Program-made: the position numbers and the translations under genes
DNA from: Perkinsus olseni
Lineage: Eukaryota
Direction: 5' to 3'
DNA: 33,902 bases
NCBI GenBank assembly: GCA_013115125.1
Contig: JABANN010000380.1
Span: 1-33,902 of the forward strand
Notes under the pieces: model-generated
Databases searched by the model: none
Seen by the model: only the letters and a program-made list of their open reading frames with translations
Told to the model about the DNA's origin: nothing
Part shown: positions 1-10,896 of the stretch, piece by piece
Layout: every line of letters starts with the position of its first letter
Numbering within the stretch: the stretch's first letter is position 1

Positions 1-499
1 ATAGACCCATTGAACAGTAACGTGGCGCCCTCTAGGTAGAACTTGTTGACACCCCGGGAGAACATATTGCAGAAATGATCGGTCGGTAGTACCCACTCTT
101 GACTACTGAAGGACACCATCGCCCCATCATTACGGGGGACCAACACGAATAGGAATCCTAATCCTATTATAGGATCACAGCGAAGAAGCGCGGGCTGATG
201 ACCATCTGGGACAACACCAATAGCTGATCATGATGAGGGTACGTTGCTTCTCCGTTGTTGCTCATAGTCAACGCAAGGCGAGGAGGAGTGTGAAGTCTCT
301 CTACCTCTCCGTCCAAGCCTACTCTCTCGAAGGGAAATTTCCCTGGGGAATATGCTATACACGCATGCGCAAGGCGATCGGCGCATAACGAGTAACAAGA
401 TAGCGGCCTTCTTTCAGAATCGTGACGAACGCCGCGATGCTGCGTTCTCGGCAGGACGTACAAATTGTACGGTGAAATAGTATCAAAGAGTGCCCTCAT
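1..499 (-). pseudogene. Possible degenerate pepsin-like aspartic protease fragment running off the window edge
   Basis: ORF 167..499 begins MRALFDTISPYNLYVLP, resembling the hydrophobic-FDTGS catalytic motif with G replaced by I. It ends LVLSQMVISPRFFAVIL, resembling the 'LISxxxFAVYL' segment of pepsin-family proteins. Resemblance only; no intact frame. Confidence 0.25.
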
Positions 500-869
500 C
501 CACCATCATTATCATTCGATAAACGTCGATAGTGTAATGAGCTGGACATGATATCCACATTCTGAATATCCCACTTTCGAACTTCGCATAGCGCATGAAG
601 CATGTAGTACTTTCAACTGTAGTTGACATGCGGCTGACGGTTGACTGCGGGAAATAGAGACGAGCGCTGTAAGCTCTACTTCCTTCAGTTACGCATGATG
701 TGCGGTGCTGAGAGTTCGGGCCCCAGATATCCTATTTGCCAGCAATGCCAGCCTAGCATCGACGCAAAGTGTCACGCCTGTTGTCTTCATTATTGTCTCC
801 TAATGCTGTCTCTATGAAAGACGTTAATTGTAATGGGAGGAGCAAGGCGAACACCCACGTAAGGAGAAC

Positions 870-1178
870 CAAGGACGACGTTCGCCTTGATGACTCGGTC
901 TACCTCGTCTCCTCCCAACGTTACCGGCTCACCGTTGATCGGGCGACCGTCAGTTGTATGATCCATTCGAGGCACGCGAATGGCATACGACAGGGAGACC
1001 GGCACGCTCGGGGCGAGCGCGAGGAGCGCCTCACACGCATGCGAAGACTGCATCGGGGTCTCGCTAGTAGGCTCCTAAGAATCAAGCTCTCCCTCCCCCA
1101 TCTCTCCCACCCCAAAGTCACTGAGCACCCGTTCCCCGGAGGATCAAGGACGACGTTCGCCTTGATCACTCGGTCTAC
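870..1178 (+). repeat. 34-bp direct repeat pair (870-903 and 1145-1178), possibly within an LTR-like relic
   Basis: CAAGGACGACGTTCGCCTTGAT(G/C)ACTCGGTCTAC occurs twice with 1 mismatch, 275 bp apart. Confidence 0.85.
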
Positions 1179-1646
1179 AAATCTGTAGAATAGTCTTTGT
1201 TTGCCTAGCATCGGGTACAACTTGTAACCCACATTTGTTACTTACAAGTGCCAAGTTGCTCATTGGCAGTATGGCTGATGATCAGCCGCTGATCAGGCAT
1301 ATCATCCGACTACTGTTTCGGCGAGCTCTTGAGAAGCCAAGGGCTTCTTTTTACCGGCGTACGATTTCGGTTTTTTGACCGATTTTACTCATGTAATGCG
1401 AGACGTGCATTTATCGGTGATTAGTGATCGCCTATGGTGTTATCATGCCCGACAAGCGATCTCACACCACCTACCCTAACTAAACTCGGAATCAAAGCTA
1501 GGTGACCTAGGTTCGACGCCGAGGCCTGTGATAGGCCGCCTATCACGTCTATCGGTGTCACCGATCGTCTATCGTCTATCACGGTATGATATACTGTATA
1601 TCGGGTGCACATATACGACTGCGACTCACACTCTCATCGGCGTGTG

Positions 1647-1851
1647 ATTCATGACATGAATTTCATGCCTTCAGTGACACTGAATCAGTGTATATCCCGC
1701 AGCCTCTCCAGGCTGCGCCGCAGCTGCTGCGGCAGCGGCTGCCGGGCAGCCTGACTACGTGATTGACAGTTAACACTGTGAACTTCACAGTCTGTCAGGA
1801 GAAACTAACCATCATGGTTAGTGTTATCACTAGAACCCGGCATTAGTGATA
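1647..1851. repeat. Chain of overlapping short palindromes
   Basis: ATTCATG-A-CATGAAT, CATGAA-T-TTCATG, TTCAGTG-A-CACTGAA, CACTGA-A-TCAGTG, GCCGCAGC-T-GCTGCGGC, GGCAGC-G-GCTGCC, GGCTGCC-G-GGCAGCC, ACTGTGAA-C-TTCACAGT and ACTAACCAT-C-ATGGTTAGT, all read directly from the sequence. Confidence 0.9.
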
Positions 1852-2482
1852 CTGATAGAAGCCTGATGTTTTACGAATACAGCAGGAACAAATACCACCA
1901 ACGCTAGGGGACAGGTGGATTGCGTGGCCACACAATCATAGTTCAACCATGATTAGTTTTCGCTACTGGCAGTCAATGACTGTCAATCACAGGACGACCA
2001 ATCCTGCCGAAATGTATATGAATGAAGAAGACTCTCGAAATGACCCAGTTGGTCGCACCAGCATCCGAATTTCGGATTATCCTCATTCTGCGAGATGAGC
2101 CGGGCTGATGCATTATTCGAGACTGTTGTTATTTCCCTCTTGACTTAACAAAACCATGCTTCAGCCAGTAACAGGGATATAGGAAGAGATACTGATCTGA
2201 TGCTCAAATATGCACCACAATATCGTAATAACATTAAAATGACGTGGTCTAGCCAGGAGGGACAAATGCACAGTCTAGCTCAGAGAATTACACAAGAGTA
2301 TCACAAATTATGGTACCCATGACGGAGGGAGTTGGGGTGCAAACAACACAAGGTTCTGAACTACAGATTCGGCTTGCAAATCAGAACCCGTCAGACTCAC
2401 AGTCACAGTCTCACTCACTCACAGACTGACCATATGACGCCGCCTCGAGCTGACAAGATATCACAAGCATGATGAAGGCCCT

Positions 2483-3085
2483 TCATTGAAGGATGCCCCA
2501 TAGCTTCTCATCCAATCTCGGAAGGCATTCTCTCGCGAGTGGTTGAGTGGTAAGAAAATTCGAGCGTAGTTCGATACGCGTCTCAAGAAAATATTCGTCA
2601 ATCCTATTTAATCGTGGCGATTCACTGAGGAAGCTCTCGACGCCAAAGTTCTCTAGGGCGTTAAAACCCCGGCATTTTTGGGACAGAAACTTTGAGAGCA
2701 GGACAAAGATTTTGTCCCACGTCACCGATGTCGTCGTCAATCGATCAGCCACCCAACAACGCACATTGTGCGTGTACGCTATACTGAGTGTAATGCGATA
2801 GCCAGCATGGCTGGCTATTTTCAGCGTGGCGGAAGTGGTACTGCAAAAGAAGAATAGAAGACAGTCTCTGTGGAATGTGTGTGTGGGTCTGTTGCCAGGC
2901 ATTACACGTCTATGACCTATCGCCCTTAGACATACAATAGCCGACTCTGAGCGATCCCGAGTAGGCCCGACAACAGCAATCCCCTGCGACCAAGTGAGAC
3001 GGATTGAGAGCGCAAACAACGATCGGCGGGGGAGGGAGAGATACCGTAGCGATAACCTCCGCAAGCAGCGTGATACGTGGAGCAC
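2483..3085 (-). CDS. Hypothetical protein (probably spliced; C-terminal half looks coding)
   Basis: 200-codon open frame with a helical, protein-like C-terminal part (WDKIFVLLSKFLSQ...RLDEKLWGILQ). No recognisable family. Confidence 0.3.
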   Translation of the reverse strand: MLHVSRCLRRLSLRYLSLPRRSLFALSIRLTWSQGIAVVGPTRDRSESAIVCLRAIGHRRVMPGNRPTHTFHRDCLLFFFCSTTSATLKIASHAGYRITLSIAYTHNVRCWVADRLTTTSVTWDKIFVLLSKFLSQKCRGFNALENFGVESFLSESPRLNRIDEYFLETRIELRSNFLTTQPLARECLPRLDEKLWGILQ

Positions 3086-3534
3086 CTCCTTCGCAGCCCA
3101 TAGCTAAACCCAGTGAGGAGTGCAACTGCCGATGAGGCTCATCGTAAGGCGCAGAGCCAAACGTTATGCGACGCGAGCACACCAGTTATCGACTCTGCTA
3201 GTATACTGTGAAAGTATAAGAAACAATAAGGTTGATGTTTGGTTGACACTAGGTACACGAACAAGGTGAGGACGATAAGAGGGGACGCATGCCGTCGAGC
3301 CATCCTCGGTCATGGATGTATGAGTGATGGCAAGCCCGGCCCCAGTTTCGATCTGACCATCTGTTTGCTGGTCAGTGACCCCCATGCCACGATCAGGCAC
3401 TGGGACCAATGGGGGCCCAGAATGTGAGGCGTGCATTGCACATCAAACGGCACGCGTGAACAGTAATTTCGTGGCGCGCGACATCTTCAGTGCGTTGTTG
3501 TTCGAGGCGTTGGTCAGCACATGGCACTTCTATA

Positions 3535-4281
3535 ATGCAGTTGCCTGCGACAAACGACGTTGCTGAAGAAGTGGCTTCTTCCGAAGTGTCTTCCCCTCGA
3601 GCAGCATCTGAGTCAACCACCGACTCCGAGGTTGAAGGTCACACTCCTGCACATCGCAGAATAAAAGATACTCCCGACTCCGCGGTCAAGTACCATTCAG
3701 CCAGCACCTTACGTCGCTGCGCCACGAAATTACCAGCTTTGCTGATCACCCTTTTCCTCGAGCTCATCCCGGCTTTGGTCTACTCAAACGGCTACTCCCT
3801 TCTCGAGCCCTACATCGGTGAGGAGAAGTCCAACCTCTTCATCGCCCTCAACTCCCTCGTCGCCGCGGTCGCCGGTAATTTCGCCCTGCAAAACAGCAGC
3901 AACATGTCACGAGCCATCTCAATCGGTATCATTACCAAAGACAGATGGATGGGCCACGCTTTCAAGGAGTTCCTCCTCGGTTGTGTGCTCTCGGTTGAAC
4001 TGGGCGTGCTCTTCTTCGTCATCACCGGCTTCGTCATCTCCCCCATTCTCTTCCACGGCGAAGTCGATGCGACTTTGGGTGGCGTCCTGGCTTTAGTCTT
4101 TATTGTATCTACAACGATTGGATCTTTTTCGGGGCTGATCACCCCACCCGTTCTTTATTTTTTCTTGCGGCTCGATCCTTCGGCGTGCGCTGGACCGGGT
4201 GAGACTTGCTTCCAGGACGTTGTGGGCTCGGTTGTGATGGTCTACATGGCTCAAGGAGTCTTCGCATTGGGTAGAGGGTGA
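3535..4281 (+). CDS. MgtE-type magnesium/divalent cation transporter, membrane domain only, intronless (248 aa from ATG 3535)
   Basis: MgtE transmembrane motifs: KLPALLITLFLE (RLPWL-like), VAGNFALQNSSNMSRAI (GN..Q....R), FKEFLLG and LRLDPSACAGPGETCFQDVVG (DPA.asgP..T...D). About five hydrophobic helices. Confidence 0.88.
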   Translation: MQLPATNDVAEEVASSEVSSPRAASESTTDSEVEGHTPAHRRIKDTPDSAVKYHSASTLRRCATKLPALLITLFLELIPALVYSNGYSLLEPYIGEEKSNLFIALNSLVAAVAGNFALQNSSNMSRAISIGIITKDRWMGHAFKEFLLGCVLSVELGVLFFVITGFVISPILFHGEVDATLGGVLALVFIVSTTIGSFSGLITPPVLYFFLRLDPSACAGPGETCFQDVVGSVVMVYMAQGVFALGRG

Positions 4282-4760
4282 AGCACTAGATGAGGTATCT
4301 TAGGTTGATCCGTGCAAGATACAGAATGGCTCAGGGAGTCTTCGCATTGGGTAGAGGGTAAAGCTCTGATTATGTTTTACTTTCATTTCAAATTGAAGGG
4401 GTTGTGCTCGAGTTAGACGGGGTATCTTAGGTCGATCCGTGCAAGATACAAATAACTGGATCGGGTATCTAAGGTTGATCCTAGAATGATTGAGACTAGC
4501 TCAGGAAGTCTTCGCATTGGGTAGAGGGTAAAGGAGCATTATGCTCAATTAGTTGCAAATTGTGGCGAATCGTTGTGCTCGAGTTACGTGGGGTATCTTA
4601 GGTCGATCCGTGCAAGATACAAATAACTGGATCGGGTATCAAAGGTTGATCCTAGCATGATACAGAATGACCCAAGATCGAGATCGAACATGTCTCGAAA
4701 CTACCAAGCTCCAGTGACAATATGATTCTGGAGTATCTCAGGTCGATCCATGCATGATAC
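4246..4760 (+). repeat. Degenerate tandem repeat (periods ~80 and ~170 bp) containing copies of the MgtE 3' end and a GTATCTT...AAGATAC hairpin motif
   Basis: GCTCARGRAGTCTTCGCATTGGGTAGAGGGT at ~4249, ~4329 and ~4499. The block GTTGTGCTCGAGTT...GGTATCTTAGGTCGATCCGTGCAAGATACAAATAACTGGATCGGGTATC occurs at ~4401 and ~4572. Confidence 0.9.
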
Positions 4761-4820
4761 GAAGTAGCTCAAGTTTCATCTATGGTTTCCTCTTCTTCCC
4801 TCTCATCAACATGGCCCGGC

Positions 4821-6321
4821 ATGCTGCCCTCCCTCTCCATCTCCACCATCAGTACCATCAACCCCCGGTCTGTCTTCGCCTTCTACATCGTCTCTCGTGA
4901 CGGCTCCCTTCTCTACGACTACGAGTCACTCACGGCTGAGCAGCGGCCCTCTGCCAATGACAAGATACGCTGGAGCAGCACCTTCCACACGCTTTCCGCT
5001 ATCGCAGCCAGCCTGTCTCCGGTGAGAACCTTCCCGTTGTCGAATTACAATTGCTTAGTGTCTTTCCCAGTCGTCACGTGAGGCCTTAGAACCCCCGTAC
5101 TGTGCGTGTCATTCAATAGACGAGTGTGGTACCGCAATTTTAGAATGGATTCCAAGTCTCACTGAACGGGTGGTTAGGAGTAAGGAACTGTTGATTGCTT
5201 CGCAGTATCCCCGTGGCTCAACCGCCTTTGCATGCGCGTTGCGGCGGGTTCGAGTAGCGCTAGTGAGTAATTCTGTAACTCAAGAGTCGATTCTTAAATT
5301 GATTTTCACGCGTTGCCTCGGATCCTGCCAGGAGAAAAGGAAGCTTCTCTGTTAGAGTGTGCCCCTGAGGGAAGCTTCTTGACGATCCGTCGAATTGCAT
5401 TGCATGTCAACGCTACAGAGAGTCCCTAACTGAGCCCGGAACCGCAAGCGTTGGACTGTATACTCACCCGCGTTACATGCGGTTCCAGAATCGATTCTGA
5501 GCTTCACAATCTTTCTGTCAGACCCTCCCAGCATCCGGCCACGGCTCAGCAGGCGGCGGTGGTTCGAAATTGGAGTACCTCAACCCGAGGGGCATCAAGA
5601 CCATTCGCGGCGACTCCTATAGTGTCCACTGCATGACCGTTATTTCTGGTAGGCTTCTTCGCTCCGCTAACTGATTTACTTCAGAAAGCATTCAACGCTT
5701 CTACTCGGAGCGTCGATTACAGTGACGGGAAATATTTGATTTTTTTAATAATTTTAATAGATAATAATACAGTATTTTGAGCATTTGATATAATTGAGAT
5801 TAATACATAATAACTGATAAATATTTTTTGGGAATTTTCGATGAAAGGTGGATTTCCCGTTGTACTTCACTGCTTTTATGGCTGTGTATTTGCACGAGGC
5901 CGTGTTGTCCCGAATCGAGCTCAGCGATGGGCGTCTTCGGTAGAAGTGTCTTCCCTGCGGCTGATCGATTCGCGACACGAGCTCTTCTCCATTTCGATAA
6001 AATTATTTATTTTTATGACGCTTTATTTTTTGTATTTTTGCTCAGGTACTAAAGGCTTCGCCGTCTGCGCGCCTGCCTTCCCCGAAAGTGTCGCCCAGGA
6101 GCTGCTAGCCCAAATGTAATTAATTACAGTCGATTTTTCATACCACACCTTTCGCAGATTTATATACTTCTGCGACTACGTGATGAAGAACCCTTTCTAC
6201 GAGCTCGGCATGCCCGCCCGGTGTAAGCAGTTCGACGATCGTGTTCAACAGCTACTAGGAAAGTACGACGAATGCTTGACGAATGGCATGAGATTATTTC
6301 CGTTTTTTCAGGTACAAGTGA
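4821..6321 (+). CDS. TRS23: TRAPP complex subunit Trs23/TRAPPC4 (sybindin family); exons 4821-5021, 5522-5648, 6046-6115, 6158-6262, 6312-6321 (upstream in-frame ATG at 4782 also possible)
   Basis: Spliced translation: VFAFYIVSRDGSLLYDY...SANDKIRWSSTFHTLSAIAASLSP / ...RGIKTIRGDSYSVHCMTVISG / TKGFAVC...ELLAQI / FIYFCDYVMKNPFYELGMPARCKQFD. These are the diagnostic Trs23 motifs. All introns are GT-AG with consistent phase. Confidence 0.9.
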
Positions 6322-6796
6322 GCAGCACTTTTTGCCGTAAAATTAAGATTTACAATATTTCCCGTGGTACGATGTTTCGTTGGTTTGGCGGGTGGTAGTC
6401 ATCTTCGATGGTCCGATCAGCGATGGAACAGGATCTCGATAACACGGTTTGCATTTTCTCAGTCATTTCCCTGGTCTCCCGGGCGGAGTTTCTTACCGCT
6501 ATTCCTTATCTTAGCACAAAATCATGTCGAGCTCCTACTTGGCTTTGCGGGTCGTTACACGGTGGCGGAATCTTGAGAATCGTCGCTTGATATCCCGATC
6601 ATTCACAGGATATGGTCTCCATCAATTGTTGGTGTTCTTTGAATCCTTGCCTGCGTCACCAGGTGAGTACAGGGTGTCTAGGCATCACAAATTTACGTTT
6701 ATCGCGATGGAAAGTTTTTTTGATGATCTTCTCTCTCCCAGCGCTGAGTTTGAGGGAAGAGCACACTCACATTCTTGCAGGATTTCCTCTGCGTGA

Positions 6797-8512
6797 ATGT
6801 TCTTCGCGTCATCACCCAACCTGGTTCGGTCGATGTTTCTGCCCTACTTTTCGAAGAAGACAGGGTGCGGGCTTGGTTACGTCCCCCGTGACCGATTAGT
6901 ATTTTCAGGGCTCCCCGGTTGCGACTGCAGCTCATGGGAAAGAAAGGCAGAAGATTCTACCGGATGGTTGCGTGCAATCAGAAGGACCCTCGCAACGGCA
7001 AGCATATGGAAGTACTGCAATCGGGCTGGGCGGGACGTGTGAGATTTCTTCTGGTTCTTCTGGTATATACCGGTTTACAGCGCTTTTAGAGTGGTTTTCC
7101 ACTCGTGATACAATCCTTGGAAAAGCTTTAGAAGTTCAAGAGAGACTCAGTTAATACTGTCAGTATTCCAGCATTTTTTTCGTAATTTTTGGGCGTTTGT
7201 AGCTGACCGGAGGGGAGGGAGTCGCCGACCCTGACTGAAATTTTTCGCAGGCGTTCCAGTGTACTCTTGAGGGTCATCTTCCTACTGGGATTTTCGGCCG
7301 TTCTTCAGTCTTCCCTCCTCAGCGGGTTCTACTCCCGTGCGATCGCTTTTACACATCCCAAGTGTTCAACGGTCCTCAATTCAACTCGAATAACTCTTCT
7401 GAATAGTTTTTTATCCAGGGAGCGCTTTCCGGCTAATGCCATCCGCATCTCTTCATTTGCCCACAACATTTTGAAGCTCGATGAATTTCTGATGGAGTGA
7501 GCCCGGGCGCGTTCCACAGCTTGAATGATGCAGATCAGTTCTCGGAAACTTTTTCGCCCGGGTCAATAAGAATCGGGAGGATCGCCATTATTTTCGAGAT
7601 TCGTTCGCGTGCGCTCCGGAGTATCTTAGGTCGACCCTCGCTCTGTACAAGATATCTTCAGCTACAGCTTTCATCGCGTACAATTATCGGAGTTTTCATC
7701 CCCTCAGGTGCTCGGCAGTTTCGCTCCCAAGGTCAAATCTGGCGTGAAGGAAATCCGGTTGAGATTTTCCCGCTCGAAATTTTGGCTGGGCGTTGGGGCG
7801 TCCATGAGCCCTCAAGTGGAGTGAGTGTTCCGGTGGCTGCTGCTGGGAAAAATTGGATTTTCGGGAAAAAATAGAAATAGAATGAAAATTTTCGATAATT
7901 TCTAAAAATTAATGAATATATTGGAGTAACTGTAATTTTCGGAAATATTTCACATATTTTTTCGTAATTTTCTGATTTTTTTCAGACATATTCTGGCATT
8001 GTCGAATCTGATACCGCCCCCGCCGCCAGCTTACGGGCGCCGAACTAAAGGTAAACTAAGATATGCGCATGCGTGCTGATAATGCCGCTCAGGACACTAC
8101 GAGCTACTCGAGCAGGTTATGGAGGAACGTCAGAAGGCTCATCAGGCGGCTATCGAAGTCATCCTCGGTTGGATCTGGGATATTTTAGAAAACTCTTATC
8201 GGGGATTGCTAGAGATATCTATTAGATAATAGATGAGTTGTCGTCACAACATTTTTTTGCGATCATGTTAGTTTCACGCGCGCGCAGAAAACAGCATGCG
8301 CCGTAAAATTGTTGGAAAAATTTTCTCTTCGTGAAAAATTTCTCCTGGGGGTAGGATTTCCTTCACATGAGATTTTACCGTGGGTGCTAATGACGGAAAG
8401 GTTAAAATAGACAGCTTGCCTTCCTTAATTCCTAGTCATTTCAATTCTGTCGAACTTTTCTTCTCAGGTTTTCAACAAACTTGGTCGGCAGCAGAAGGTT
8501 GTATTCACGTAA
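6797..8512 (+). CDS. MRPS16: Mitochondrial ribosomal protein S16 (bS16m); exons 6797-6864, 6909-7011, 7708-7820, 7986-8050, 8093-8157, 8468-8512 (last junction less certain)
   Basis: Spliced translation MFFASSPNLVRSMFLPYFSKKTG-APRLRLQLMGKKGRRFYRMVACNQKDPRNGKHME-VLGSFAPKVKSGVKEIRLRFSRSKFWLGVGASMSPQVE-HILALSNLIPPPPPAYGRRTKG-HYELLEQ... matches the bS16 pattern (IRL..G.K.RPFYRIV......RDG..IE.LG; ..WL..GA..S..V). GT-AG introns are in phase. Not visible in the ORF track because it is spliced. Confidence 0.92.
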
Positions 8513-8903
8513 CCACAGCATGTATTTTGGTTTATCCCGTTTCCGAGTTGTCCGAGTGATTTTGTTGTAAATTTACGTTTTTCCCGGATCGCTCCGCCTT
8601 TTTTGATGATTGCTGGACGGCGACGAAGCGGCTTTGGATTCACCCTCGTCTGCTCGGTAATCCTCCTTAGTGGGAGAAGTGTTGAGGGCGTGAGCGCCCA
8701 GTGCCTGGCGGCTTGGACGGAAATGGTAATAGATGAAGCTGGGAAAGGCGCGCAATAGTGGAGCTCTCAGACGGATTCGTATGAGTTCAAGTTTTGGTAT
8801 GAACGGGAACGCCAGTTGTGCTTCATAAAATTGCAGAATTCAGTTGCAAGCTGTTGTGGAGAGGTCGGTGGAGCGTCGTGACTTTCCGGAGGGCGTATTT
8901 TAG

Positions 8904-10090
8904 GTTGACTATAGTGACCACCGATTTGAGGACTGTGATCGGAGCTGTGAACTGGATTGTCGTTATGGCGGGGAGTGGGAAAGGGTTTGCTCGAGGAGCT
9001 TCGGTGAGTTGGAGCGTGCAAGAAAATGATGACACCTCTAAGGGGCCTTCGGTTTCTTGCGGACGTGAGAAGATTCATATTCATAGTCTGTTATCCGGAT
9101 TCCATCTGTCCTGTTTAGCGAGAACGTGTATGGTTGTGTTAATATTTGATTTCTATCATAGTTGGGTTCCACATAGCGAGTTCTGGTGATCGTCGAAGGG
9201 ACTGGGATGCAAGACATTACGTACGTCATAGAGATTTGCGAACTGTGTTTCATAGCTTAGTTTCTTTCTCGAGGCTCCTGCTAGGTACGATAAGAGCTTC
9301 CCGAATTTAGTCGCATGAATCTGGGTGAATTTCATCCGAAGATTTTGCGCGCGTTGTTTGCACCATTGTCAGGTAGAATGTGTTCATTGAAATCGGCGGT
9401 ATCGGAATACAACCCGATTGAGATGACCTCTGGTCTTTGCTTACCCAAAGAATGCGACAACAGCGGCGACAAGAACAGGATTATTAGGGACATCATGCGG
9501 GGGGAAATGCGCAGATATCAGACTGTACTAGTGCTGTCAACGTTCATCAAAGTCTCGATCAGCTCTTCATTTTTTTTGCTGAGTGACACTTCGTGCCAAT
9601 CGTTCTGAAAATAAAAACTAAATCAAATTAAAATCGGTGAAGTAATTCTTCTGCTCTCTTCCTTCGGTGGAGCCACACGTGTTGCTTCAACGCGTGCATG
9701 ATCCCCCGCCTCCAACCTAGATATCCTGTCCGTCCAGTACTCTGCGGAAGCTCCTGATCGCCCTTTTGGTCATCTGTATCTTATCATCGCTAGGAGCAGC
9801 TATATAGTGAGTCCTTTCCATCATTAATCTCACGCGATTTCTCCTTTGCCAGTTTGGTACTGGTGCCTCCAGCGGGAACAACAGCGATGTTGGCATCAGC
9901 AACAGCATTGAGAAGAGAGACGAGGAAGACTCTCAACAGGCTTTTTGGAAGTACTTTTCACCGTTGATCATAACTCCATGAAAACGGCGTGTTCTCGCTC
10001 GTGCGGTGTTTGTGTTCACAGTTAGTGTGATGGGCTATCAACGAGAGGGAAAAAAGATATGCCAGGGCCTGAAGACTGGTTTTTGTTGAA
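8904..10090 (+). CDS. Multi-exon Cys-rich membrane protein of unknown function (5' exons unresolved); exons ~8904-9003, 9373-9551, 9721-9806, 9853-9950, 10022-
   Basis: Phase-consistent splicing gives VDYSDHRFEDCDRSCELDCRYGGEWERVCSRSFG-RMCSLKS...MTSGLCLPKECDNSGDKNRII...-ISCPSSTLRKLLIALLVICILSSLGAAIY-LVLVPP. This is a Cys-rich segment followed by a clear transmembrane helix. Confidence 0.55.
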
Positions 10091-10896
10091 CTGGAATCTG
10101 TCCTGAGCAACCGTTGATATTGGTATATCGTGTGGGTAATTTTGAAGGTATGCCAGACTACTTCGCCCATAGAGTCGACCGTGGGACCGCCGGCAAAAAA
10201 TCAAGGCTTCGACAGCATCGGACTTCGTGGTATAACAGTCAGCCTCCTAATTTGCCAATCCGAAGGTCGGAGGTTCAAACCTATGTAGCGGCATATCGAT
10301 AAAAATGTTATCTGTCTGAATTTCTCCCGCGTAGGAGCGTCTCACACTTCGCAAACGAAGCGTCAATGCTTGCTCCCAAGGGGACTCCTTTCGGCACTAC
10401 TACCATGGGGTGGCCTGCTGTACGCCTTGCGCGCGTCGAATGAAAAGACATGCCAATGCGAATGAATGAACTGCGATGCGAGACACTGGGTTCTCTGTTC
10501 GATACAGGCAGCGCTGTTCAAGGTGGCAAAGCTGCTGATGTGCATACTGGAGCCAGAATAGTTGACAGAGCGGCGCAGCTCACTCTTGCAAACACTACTG
10601 CAGACTCTGCAGTGCAGAGACGAACACGTCGGGTTCGATTTGAGCGAACGACACAGCATGAGACGCGAGTACTTTGTGGTAAAGACGCCTGCTGGAGGAT
10701 ACCGATCACCACGCGTGCTTTTCTTTTCGCGAGAGGAACATGCCGGTAGGTTTGCTGTTCCGTCGTCACTAAACTGTTAACAAGTAACTCAACAACAAGA
10801 CAGTGATGGTCAGCGGTAAATCGTGCTGTAGATATCAGGCTGATTGAGTGAGGGAAGTAACCGGTAAAAATCCTGAAGAAGTAAACTAGGCTGCCT

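Noticed and set aside
4246-4760. Possible CRISPR array or spliced-leader RNA gene cluster (TGGCTCAAG matches the 3' end of the dinoflagellate/perkinsid spliced leader)
   Set aside because: The intervening sequences are themselves repeated. Only 9 nt match the leader, it is not followed by a GT donor, and it lies inside the MgtE coding frame.
6364-6796. Short ORFs upstream of MRPS16 as an N-terminal extension or separate gene
   Set aside because: An in-frame TGA immediately precedes ATG 6797. The 6663-6780 GT-AG is better explained as a 5' UTR intron or trans-splice acceptor, and there is no recognisable product.
7012-7707. Intronic snoRNA in the long MRPS16 intron
   Set aside because: I could not identify a convincing C/D box pair with terminal stem or an H/ACA architecture by eye.
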